A DNA stretch of 62,822 bases, the filler included. It is 6 parts of 6 records of this genome, joined end to end, with 100 filler letters (N's around TTAATTAATTAA, not from the genome) between each part and the next. Parts side by side here need not be neighbours in the genome. Positions count along the whole stretch, not along the records: positions 1 to 24,665 come from SRR20825015_364; positions 24,766 to 29,401 come from SRR20825015_370; 4 more parts are not named here. The stretch is one strand, 5' to 3'. Position numbers and translations under genes: made by a program. Below are positions 19,462-26,580 of the stretch, one piece after another. Under the pieces are notes generated by a model that worked only from the letters and a program-made list of their open reading frames with translations, made no database searches and had not been told where the DNA came from. Each line of letters opens with the position of its first letter. The first letter of the stretch is position 1.

Positions 19462-19587
19462 ATCACGGATGGCCAGCGCCCGAAAGCGCCGGCGGCGGGC
19501 CTGTCGCCAAACAAACCCCGCCCGACGATGACCGAAGTTAACCGCCGCACCCGCTGCCCTTTCGGGCGAACGGAGTGTGGCCGTGAT
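19462..19587 (+). promoter_or_regulatory. Structured RNA leader upstream of com
   Basis: Nested complementary segments 19462-68/19581-87, 19477-86/19559-68 and 19491-99/19550-58. Confidence 0.55.
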
Positions 19588-19601
19588 CGGGTTAAATCGA
19601 G

Positions 19602-19805
19602 ATGAAGGATGTTCGCTGTGGCCGATGCCGCGCATTGCTCTTCAGGGCGAACAACGATAGGAGCGAGATTGAGATCAAATGCCGCCGATGCGGCACGATC
19701 AATCATCTGAGGCCGGCCGAGCCCGAACCGGAACGCCAGGAGCGTCCGCCAAGGGAAAGCTCGTGTGGCTCTATCTCCCCCCGGAATGCCTCGACCGCAG
19801 GATGA
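19602..19805 (+). CDS. com: Com family zinc-finger translational regulator
   Basis: DVRCGRCRALLFR...IEIKCRRCGTIN. Sits at the Mu com position and overlaps the downstream modification gene. Confidence 0.9.
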   Translation: MKDVRCGRCRALLFRANNDRSEIEIKCRRCGTINHLRPAEPEPERQERPPRESSCGSISPRNASTAG

Positions 19806-20677
19806 GCTCAAAGGCGTCGCGCTTTGTGCTGGCGTTGGCGGACTGGAGCTCGGCCTCCATGTCGCAGAACCCGGATATCGGACTGTATGTTTCGTCGAGC
19901 GGGAAACCTTCGCTGCGGCCACCCTCGTGGCCCGGATGGAAGACCAGGCCCTGGATCACGCGCCTTTATGGGACGACCTTGCCACCTTCGACGGCCGCCC
20001 ATGGCGCGGCAAGGTTCATATCGTCACTGGAGGTTATCCCTGCCAGCCCTTCTCCTGTGCAGGCCGCAAGCGCGGCGCGCGCGACCCAAGGCACCTGTGG
20101 CCACATATCCGGCGGATTGTCGCGGAAATCGAGCCCGGATGGTGTTTCTTCGAGAATGTCGAAGGACATCTCGACCTGGGATCCGCCAAGGTCATCAGCG
20201 ACCTTCGCAAAATGGGCTACCGCGTCAAAGCGGGCCTGTTCTCGGCGGCTGAGGTCGGCGCTTCACACTATCGCCGGCGGCTCTTCATTGTGGCCCACGC
20301 CAACCCGCAGCCTCTACTGCAACCGGATCGAGGTGGAGCTATCGGAACAGGGATTGAAGCTTCGCCACGATCCGAACCAGACGGGAAGCCAGGTCGCGAT
20401 AGGCAAGGCAGCAAAGCTCTGGACGATGATCTGGCTGATTGTCACGAGTTGCGCGGAGAGGCCGAAATCCTTCAACTTCCGCTCTTCGCACCGGCTCCAT
20501 CTGAGTTTGACCGCTGGGGGGAGATACTCGGCCGGCGACCTGACCTTCAACCCGAACTTCTCGGACTGGCTGATCGGGTGGCCGATCGGATGGACCGCGC
20601 CCAGGCAGCCGGTAACGGAGTGGTCAGCCTGGCTGCAGCATATGCGTGGCGCACTCTCAAGGCTGCCCATTTGTTAG
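19763..20677 (+). CDS. Putative methyltransferase beta subunit in an overlapping frame (motif IX carrier)
   Basis: Frame open across the alpha gene. Contains WPTP and NPNFSDWLIGWPIGWT. GTG at 19763 shares SD AAGGGA. True start may be internal. Confidence 0.7.
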   Translation: MWLYLPPECLDRRMSSKASRFVLALADWSSASMSQNPDIGLYVSSSGKPSLRPPSWPGWKTRPWITRLYGTTLPPSTAAHGAARFISSLEVIPASPSPVQAASAARATQGTCGHISGGLSRKSSPDGVSSRMSKDISTWDPPRSSATFAKWATASKRACSRRLRSALHTIAGGSSLWPTPTRSLYCNRIEVELSEQGLKLRHDPNQTGSQVAIGKAAKLWTMIWLIVTSCAERPKSFNFRSSHRLHLSLTAGGRYSAGDLTFNPNFSDWLIGWPIGWTAPRQPVTEWSAWLQHMRGALSRLPIC

Positions 20678-20715
20678 AATCGGAACTACAGGAAGCTGGA
20701 TATCCTGCAATGTAA
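19765..20715 (+). CDS. C5 DNA cytosine methyltransferase, alpha subunit
   Basis: Motif I LCAGVGG, IV GGYPCQPFS, VI FENV, VIII HYRRRLFIV, X AGNGVV. No motif IX recognisable in this frame. Confidence 0.9.
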   Translation: MALSPPGMPRPQDELKGVALCAGVGGLELGLHVAEPGYRTVCFVERETFAAATLVARMEDQALDHAPLWDDLATFDGRPWRGKVHIVTGGYPCQPFSCAGRKRGARDPRHLWPHIRRIVAEIEPGWCFFENVEGHLDLGSAKVISDLRKMGYRVKAGLFSAAEVGASHYRRRLFIVAHANPQPLLQPDRGGAIGTGIEASPRSEPDGKPGRDRQGSKALDDDLADCHELRGEAEILQLPLFAPAPSEFDRWGEILGRRPDLQPELLGLADRVADRMDRAQAAGNGVVSLAAAYAWRTLKAAHLLESELQEAGYPAM

Positions 20716-20770
20716 ATCTCGGATCGCGAATGATATACTGTCCAAACACGTGATAGTGGGAGGGGAGAAT

Positions 20771-21562
20771 ATGCGTGCTTTGATCATTAGCGTTGTTTTC
20801 GGGTTGACATGGAGCGGTTTGGCAAACGCGCAATGTAGCCATGGAAGTGCATTTTGGACCGCCGAGCACAATAGTGTGCGTCATGTTCTCTATGGTGACA
20901 ACGGCATCAACTATGGCAGCAACATCACTATTGAAGAATGGCGGCAGTCGACCCTTGCATGGACGACCAAGGGGCAGGTCACTTGCTCGAACGGTGCATC
21001 CATCTGTTACGCGCAAATCACGAATGCACGCGAAAACAGCACGTCAGGCGCAGCACCGACAACTACCGATGCTATCATCGAAACTATAGATGAAAACGGC
21101 GATGGGACGGCAGAATGGGTGGTTCTCGCCGCCTTATCGCAGTTGCTTCGGTGGGAGGGTGCGAATGCGACTTGGCATTTGGAACGGGATCCAGGGGAAG
21201 TAGCAAGACCTCCCAACGTTTATAGATTTCAAGGGTGTCGCTCAACTCAAGAACCTACGCAGGAGCTTTCTCGGCAGGTCATTGTCGGGCAGCTCTATGC
21301 AACGCGAGATGTCTGTCAAACCTTCCTAAAGACGGGGGTTCCGGTGCACGCGAACTCCGATGAATTCGACGACGGCTTATGGTGGATGGATGACGAGAAG
21401 GTCGTCGGTTGGGAGCACCACTGTTTGATCGCATCGGCTTACGATGAAACTCTACATTTGGCCTGTGTTGGCGAAGGTGAAGCGCGAACTGAAACGTGGA
21501 GTTATTTGGAGGAAGAAAATCGTCGGCTTGTAAATGGCAAGGAGTTACTTCTTTGTCAGTGA
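20771..21562 (+). CDS. Hypothetical secreted Cys-rich protein
   Basis: Signal peptide MRALIISVVFGLTWSGLANA/Q, SD GGGGAG, multiple Cys. Confidence 0.7.
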   Translation: MRALIISVVFGLTWSGLANAQCSHGSAFWTAEHNSVRHVLYGDNGINYGSNITIEEWRQSTLAWTTKGQVTCSNGASICYAQITNARENSTSGAAPTTTDAIIETIDENGDGTAEWVVLAALSQLLRWEGANATWHLERDPGEVARPPNVYRFQGCRSTQEPTQELSRQVIVGQLYATRDVCQTFLKTGVPVHANSDEFDDGLWWMDDEKVVGWEHHCLIASAYDETLHLACVGEGEARTETWSYLEEENRRLVNGKELLLCQ

Positions 21563-21594
21563 TGCCAGTACGAAATCCAACTCGATTTCGCCGT

Positions 21595-22377
21595 TTAAGA
21601 GTGCTCTCGGTTTGCAATCTGGAAATTACAGTTGCGCCATAATTCTTCAGAACACTTTCTCGCGATTTTTCGAGCACCTTCCCAATCAAATGTTGAGCCG
21701 TTGAGCGATAAATGCAGGTGATCTGCAATCTCTACGGTTTTCTCGAGCAACCAGGTCTCATCGCCGTATTTCACCTTTCGCGGTGCTTCAGCCTTTGGCT
21801 TGGAAGGCAGTTCCAGATTGTGAGCGATGTATCGGTCTCTAAAGTATCGAATAGCGGCAAGCTGTTCTGATTGTCTCACGGAGGCGCATTCATTGATGGC
21901 GCAGCGGAGGCGTTCCAACGCGGTACGGCTTTCTTTTTCAGCTTTCTCCTCGCGGTAGGAGTGCATAAAGCTTCGTTTCGCTTCAATTAAATGTGGGTCA
22001 TCAGTCGGATTAAGATCCGTCACCATTAGGTCGTTCAAATAGTAGTCGCGCACCTCTTCAATCACAGAATCTATGATGCCGGTCTCGTCTATTAGGGCGA
22101 TGATCGTCGGAATGCTCTCTCGATCTGCGCTTGGCGGGTCCCAGAGGGCTGCAAGTCGGATCACCTCAAACAAATACATGCTGGTTTGAAACTGATTAAA
22201 CGCATGTCCGGCGTAGGATCGTGGTATCTGGCTGGCAAGTCGGCCGTCATAGATCGTATAGACGTTAGCTTCATGCATCTCAAATAGACCGGTGATATGG
22301 TCGATCAAACGCTCCGTTCTTGACTTTGCAACCTTCAACCGATCCTCTTTGGACCACGATTGGGGGAAACTGGGCAT
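21595..22377 (-). CDS. HEPN domain protein (AbiU2-like)
   Basis: FEVIRLAALWD and HEPN-type RDRYIAH motif. Confidence 0.75.
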   Translation of the reverse strand: MPSFPQSWSKEDRLKVAKSRTERLIDHITGLFEMHEANVYTIYDGRLASQIPRSYAGHAFNQFQTSMYLFEVIRLAALWDPPSADRESIPTIIALIDETGIIDSVIEEVRDYYLNDLMVTDLNPTDDPHLIEAKRSFMHSYREEKAEKESRTALERLRCAINECASVRQSEQLAAIRYFRDRYIAHNLELPSKPKAEAPRKVKYGDETWLLEKTVEIADHLHLSLNGSTFDWEGARKIARKCSEELWRNCNFQIANREHS

Positions 22378-22396
22378 CAGCTACTCTGATCTTATC

Positions 22397-23056
22397 CTAG
22401 TCACTTGGAACGCTAGGCGCCTCAACCACCATCAGTCCATCATTACGCAGTGGCCGTTGCAGCGTCTTGGCTTCATCCCAAGGTGCTCTTAGCCATGCGT
22501 CCATCTCGTCTTTCGTCGTGAGAATGACGGGCATGGCCTTCTTGTGCACCGGTTCGACGATGGCGTTCGGCTCGGTGGTGAGGAAGCCGTAGAGTTCGTG
22601 GTCGTCCGCCTCCTCCCGCGCCATACGCTTGCCGTGCCATGCCGTCCACAGCCCGGCGAAGGCGAAGAGCGGCCGATCTTCACTCAGGGCAAACCATGCA
22701 TTCGGCGTGCGCTTATCGCCTTCCTTCCGGCTGCCGGGATCGGGCTCGGCAAAACTCGTTGCTGGCACCAGGCAGCGGTATTCAGGCGAAAGCCATTTGC
22801 GCCAGTGCGCGGACCCGGTGTTGCGGATATTCGTGACGCCGCTGTCATGCTGGCCCTTGATGAACATGGGCGGTGTCGGCATGCCCCAGCGCGCACGCAC
22901 CAGTTCGCGCTCGCCATCCTCTCCAATCCGCGCGATCGGGGCATAGCGGTTTGGATAAACCTGCAGGGAGGGCTCGTTGAAGCCATAGTCCCGGAGGGTT
23001 CCGACAAACTGCCGCAACGCCTCGCGCGTGGTGGTCACGTTGTAGAGATTGCACAT
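22397..23056 (-). CDS. SOS response-associated peptidase (SRAP/HMCES/YedK family)
   Basis: MCNLY with catalytic Cys2, RCLVPATSFAE, FAFAGLW, PVHKKAMPVIL. Confidence 0.93.
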   Translation of the reverse strand: MCNLYNVTTTREALRQFVGTLRDYGFNEPSLQVYPNRYAPIARIGEDGERELVRARWGMPTPPMFIKGQHDSGVTNIRNTGSAHWRKWLSPEYRCLVPATSFAEPDPGSRKEGDKRTPNAWFALSEDRPLFAFAGLWTAWHGKRMAREEADDHELYGFLTTEPNAIVEPVHKKAMPVILTTKDEMDAWLRAPWDEAKTLQRPLRNDGLMVVEAPSVPSD

Positions 23057-23079
23057 AGGGCTCCTCCAGATTCACTCAC

Positions 23080-23199
23080 TCATTCATTGTGGCGCCAGCG
23101 GCGCTTGAGATAGCGCCAAAGACCGTACAGGCCGCCCGCCACGATGATGATGTTGGCAGAGTGTTGGAGGACTGTTCCAAGATCAATTGAAATCCACAT
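23080..23199 (-). CDS. Small hydrophobic peptide (39 aa)
   Basis: Manual translation MWISIDLGTVLQHSANIIIVAGGLYGLWRYLKRRWRHNE. SD GGAAGG. Confidence 0.55.
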   Translation of the reverse strand: MWISIDLGTVLQHSANIIIVAGGLYGLWRYLKRRWRHNE

Positions 23200-23437
23200 C
23201 GTTGCCTTCCTGTTGAATGGTAAAGGAAGGTTTAACATCGCCTGAGTTTCCAATCTGTTTACGGAATTTACCGATTCACATCAGATTGTTGTGGAGAGCG
23301 ATGGCGCATTGCAACCTCATGCCAGAGCGGTTCTCGGAATGAGTCGAGTACAGTTGCAACTGTGACACCTTACCAATGGGCTTTGAGCAAAGAGATGCCG
23401 GCGCATCAATCCATCAGGTGCCATCCGACCGTACGCG

Positions 23438-23704
23438 TCACCGCGGCCATTGGTTGATCACCATGATCGTGTTGCCATTTCCGTTCCTGCAGCTTCTGCA
23501 GCGCAGCCGCTTTGACAGATCGCTGGCAGCGGCGTCTCGCCCAAACCGGCGTTCGAGATCCTGCCGGTCGAGCTCCACGATCGATTTGCACCGCCGGCAG
23601 ACGGCGCCGAGAACATAATAATGCTGGATGTCCTTCAGACGGATGAGACCGTCTTGAGTGAAGAAAACGACTTCCGATAAATGCAGTGGCCTGAACTGAC
23701 GCAT
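23438..23704 (-). CDS. Small zinc-ribbon protein
   Basis: CRRC and CRSC pairs. SD AGGAG. Confidence 0.6.
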   Translation of the reverse strand: MRQFRPLHLSEVVFFTQDGLIRLKDIQHYYVLGAVCRRCKSIVELDRQDLERRFGRDAAASDLSKRLRCRSCRNGNGNTIMVINQWPR

Positions 23705-23759
23705 ATGGCGGCTCCTGAAAGGTATGCCGCACCGTGTTGAATTGTCATTTCCTCATGCT

Positions 23760-24008
23760 TTATCGCTGCCCTGTGCCCGCCCGCACATATCCCCAGCTCA
23801 CCACATCTTCGAGGGCGCGGATGCGGCCGGCCAGATAGTCATTCTCGCCCATCAACGCAGCCACCGCCTCGCGAGGATCACCGCCGTACGATTCGATGAA
23901 TGCCTCTGCGGCCGGCCCATAAGGGTCTCGTTTCTTCGCCGGGTCGGCAGAAACCGCTTCGCCCGCTTCTGCTGCGTTGTTCGTTTCGCGGGTCTGCGTC
24001 ATGCCCAT
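23760..24008 (-). CDS. Small hypothetical protein
   Basis: GGDPREAVAAL...SWGYVRAG pattern resembles small Rhizobiales proteins (from recall). Confidence 0.6.
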   Translation of the reverse strand: MGMTQTRETNNAAEAGEAVSADPAKKRDPYGPAAEAFIESYGGDPREAVAALMGENDYLAGRIRALEDVVSWGYVRAGTGQR

Positions 24009-24310
24009 CAGCTTTCTTCTCGCCAATTGTCGTCTTCGGTTTTGCGGGCATCGACCGACATTGGGCCGGGCTTGCCAGTGGTGTAGTTGAAGAAGACTTC
24101 CACTCGACCTCGTGACCGCCCGCAAAGCGGCAGCATGCTCCCTGCTCGCGGAAGCTCAAAGTCGATACACCTACCGCTTTATTCAGCGGCAAGCCGATAG
24201 GGTTCCCCAGGAGCATTCATGCCCCGGGGTTGAGCACCAATCAGGCGGTTGTGGCGATCTTCATCAGTGAGAAGAATTTAATACAGGTGGGCTGGTTGAG
24301 TCTAGCTTTT

Positions 24311-24325
24311 GTTCTCACTGTGTTC
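24311..24325. promoter_or_regulatory. Alphaproteobacterial LexA (SOS) box
   Basis: Exact GTTC-N7-GTTC (GTTCTCACTGTGTTC) in an intergenic region. Confidence 0.7.
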
Positions 24326-24336
24326 TCATTCGCCGT

Positions 24337-24531
24337 ATGGCTGTGACGAATGAGACAATGAGTTTTAAAAGGCGAACGTCCGGAGCAATATGCAGGAAAC
24401 GGCGAGGAATATCCTGTGTGGAGGGATACCGCTGGGACTATGAAACGATCCGCCTGTCCCGCAGCTTCGTTGCTGGAGGGTCGAGAATGTTGAAACTCCG
24501 TTCAACGGATCAAAAAGTCATTTTGAATTGA
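24337..24531 (+). CDS. Possible small hypothetical protein
   Basis: 64-aa ORF just after the LexA box. No motif or clear SD. Confidence 0.25.
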   Translation: MAVTNETMSFKRRTSGAICRKRRGISCVEGYRWDYETIRLSRSFVAGGSRMLKLRSTDQKVILN

Positions 24532-24532
24532 T

Positions 24533-24578
24533 GCCAAGTGAACTTGCGCGTTCGCGCCAACTGAAATTGCGCGCTACA
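24533..24578 (+). repeat. Candidate prophage right end: two tandem transposase-binding sites plus terminal CA
   Basis: GCCAAGTGAACTTGCGCG (24533-50) and GCCAACTGAAATTGCGCG (24556-73) match at 16/18, followed by CTACA. Confidence 0.65.
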
Positions 24579-24625
24579 GGTGCGGTACACGGAAAACAAG
24601 CTGTTGATTTCAATGAGGAAGTGGA

Positions 24626-24665
24626 TGGTGGGCGTGACTGGGATTGAACCAGTGACCCCTACGAT
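24626..24665 (-). tRNA. tRNA 3' half (likely tRNA-Val GAC), truncated by contig end
   Basis: Reverse complement ATCGTAGGGGTCACTGGTTCAATCCCAGTCACGCCCACCA has a T-arm and CCA. Anticodon is not in the contig. Confidence 0.8.
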
Positions 24666-24765
24666 NNNNNNNNNNNNNNNNNNNNNNNNNNNNNNNNNNN
24701 NNNNNNNNNTTAATTAATTAANNNNNNNNNNNNNNNNNNNNNNNNNNNNNNNNNNNNNNNNNNNN
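24666..24765. other. Artificial contig spacer
   Basis: N run with central TTAATTAATTAA (stops in all frames). Confidence 0.97.
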
Positions 24766-24768
24766 ACT

Positions 24769-24795
24769 GGATTCTTCGCTGCGCTCAGAATGACA
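24769..24795. repeat. REP-like intergenic repeat
   Basis: GGATTCTTCGCTGCGCTCAGAATGACA. Inverted copy at 28301-28327 matches 25/27. Confidence 0.65.
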
Positions 24796-24828
24796 GGAGA
24801 GAATGACAATCCGATTGCTTGAATAGGC

Positions 24829-25776
24829 TCAGGACTCTCCGTCCCACTTCCGCAGCCGGTCGGCCCTAATCAGGCACACGCAATCCGAACCATCTTCGGT
24901 TGATAGCCAACGCGGTTTCAACGCCTTGAATTCGCGATCCATCGCCTCACCCAGCCCACCGACTTCGATCAACACGATCCCCGAGGGTTTCAATCGCTCG
25001 CGCGACTGCAGGAGCAGCTTGCGAATGATATCGAGGCCATCATCACCACCATCGAGGGCCAGTCGGGGTTCACGGGTAAACTCCACCGCCAGCGCATCGC
25101 AATGCGCACTCGGTTCGTAGGGCGGATTACTGAGAATCACATCATATTTTACCGGCGGGACCGCATCGAACACATCGCTTTGATGAAGCGTCACCCGATC
25201 AGTGAGTTCGTGATCGCGCACGTTAATCTTGGCGACCTCCAGTGCTTCGGTGGAAAGATCGACGCCATCGACCTGCGCGTTCGGAAAGTGTTTTGCCAGG
25301 AGAATCGCCAGACACCCGGAGCCCGTGCACACATCCACGACATTCGTCACGCTGACTCCTTTCAATTGTAGGGCGGGGTCGCCGAACCCCGCCGCCGCAC
25401 CAAACTGTGGAATCAGTTCGAGAAAATAGCTGCGCGGAATCAACACGCGCTCATCCACGTAAAACCGTTCCTCGTTCAACCACGCCTCACGCGTGAGATA
25501 GGCCGCCGGCGTGTGATCCAACACCCGTTTGCGAAACACTTCGATGAGCGCGTGACGTTGCTTAATCGAAAGGGTCTGCGAGAGGACGCTTTCATCACTA
25601 TCCATCGGAATCTCCAGCGTGTGCAGAATCAGATAGAGCGCCTCGTCATGCGCCGACGTGGTGATCTGCCCCAACGCGAGGTCGTATTTTTCATACAACG
25701 CTTCCGCAAAAAGCAGCCACTCGCCCGGAGTGGTCAGCTCATCCGCCTCGGCCAACGGATCGATTGCCTTACCCAT
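24829..25776 (-). CDS. prmB: Ribosomal protein L3 glutamine methyltransferase
   Basis: FYVDERVLIPRS, DVCTGSGC, SNPPY, AHDEA motifs. Confidence 0.9.
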   Translation of the reverse strand: MGKAIDPLAEADELTTPGEWLLFAEALYEKYDLALGQITTSAHDEALYLILHTLEIPMDSDESVLSQTLSIKQRHALIEVFRKRVLDHTPAAYLTREAWLNEERFYVDERVLIPRSYFLELIPQFGAAAGFGDPALQLKGVSVTNVVDVCTGSGCLAILLAKHFPNAQVDGVDLSTEALEVAKINVRDHELTDRVTLHQSDVFDAVPPVKYDVILSNPPYEPSAHCDALAVEFTREPRLALDGGDDGLDIIRKLLLQSRERLKPSGIVLIEVGGLGEAMDREFKALKPRWLSTEDGSDCVCLIRADRLRKWDGES

Positions 25777-26572
25777 TGTCGGAAACGATGTGAGGGTGAT
25801 CCTTAATATGCTCGGCGCAATAGCACTGGGATCCGGCGCATTTCGAACAGTAACGGAAATCCATCGTGGGATCCGATAAGTCGGTCTTACCACAGACGAC
25901 ACATTTGTGACGGGGTTCCTCTTCATCGACCCGCGCCTGTCTCTGCCGGGTGACATTCCGTCTTTTTTGCTTCGTTCCGCGGATGATATCCTTGGTAAAG
26001 AAAATCAGGAAATTACCCACGGATGCCAAAATCGTCAGTCGCACCGCACCGGTGCCCGTGATGAACGACACCGCGTAAAGAACCCAGGTGAAGATCGCCA
26101 GCCACTTGACCTTAACCGGCAGAATGAAAAACAGCAGAAACTCAAAATTGGGATTCAGAAACGCAAACGCCAGAAAGACCGACCCCGCCAAAAAACTGTT
26201 TGTGACCACCGACATCGGGATGAAAAACGAAAGTCCGGTCGTCAGCACCCACCCGAGTAACAGAAACATATTAAACCGAAACGCCCCCCACGCTTCTTCC
26301 AACGCGCTGCTCATGAGGTAAAAAATATAAAACGCAAAAGCGATCAGCAGATACCCGAGCATCCCCGGAGGAGGCGGCACCAGCATGTAGGTGAAGATCC
26401 GCCACCATTGCCCCTCCAGCACGGCTTGGGGGACCAGGATCAACCAGCCGAGGTTGATCTTACCGAGCATCGACGTCAGCAGCACGAACACCTGCCCGAT
26501 CACAAAATAGATCGCGATATTGTTGATAGCGTAGCGACCCCAACGTCGCTCCATTTTATCCAGCAAAGACAT
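25769..26572 (-). CDS. Conserved membrane protein (rhomboid-like fold) with C-terminal Cys cluster
   Basis: GQWWRIFTY, ALEEAWGAFRFN, HKCVVCG...FRYCSKC motifs. Confidence 0.75.
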   Translation of the reverse strand: MSLLDKMERRWGRYAINNIAIYFVIGQVFVLLTSMLGKINLGWLILVPQAVLEGQWWRIFTYMLVPPPPGMLGYLLIAFAFYIFYLMSSALEEAWGAFRFNMFLLLGWVLTTGLSFFIPMSVVTNSFLAGSVFLAFAFLNPNFEFLLFFILPVKVKWLAIFTWVLYAVSFITGTGAVRLTILASVGNFLIFFTKDIIRGTKQKRRNVTRQRQARVDEEEPRHKCVVCGKTDLSDPTMDFRYCSKCAGSQCYCAEHIKDHPHIVSDNG

Positions 26573-26580
26573 AGTTGGGC

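Larger units (their letters stand above)
1..24578 (+). mobile_element. Mu-like transposable prophage (right portion), siphovirus-type with GTA-like tail
   Basis: Gene order gpF end, protease I, gpT capsid, gp35/36/G/37-like, tail genes, com, methyltransferase. Tandem end repeats terminate in CA at 24578. Confidence 0.9.

Noticed and set aside
19765-20715. mom gene or a restriction-modification system
   Set aside because: Motifs are C5-MTase, not Mom GNAT-like. No cognate endonuclease is recognisable nearby.
19679-20715. Frameshifted MTase pseudogene
   Set aside because: Both frames are intact. Motif X returns in the alpha frame downstream of the beta-frame motif IX, which a single frameshift does not explain.
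23221-23236. CtrA box (TTAA-N7-TTAAC)
   Set aside because: Only an imperfect match (TAAA-N7-TTAAC), too weak to support.
24533-24573. CRISPR array remnant
   Set aside because: Only two 18-bp units with a 5-bp gap and no cas genes.
24710-24721. TTAATTAATTAA as a biological motif
   Set aside because: Identical in all five N gaps. It is an artificial linker.
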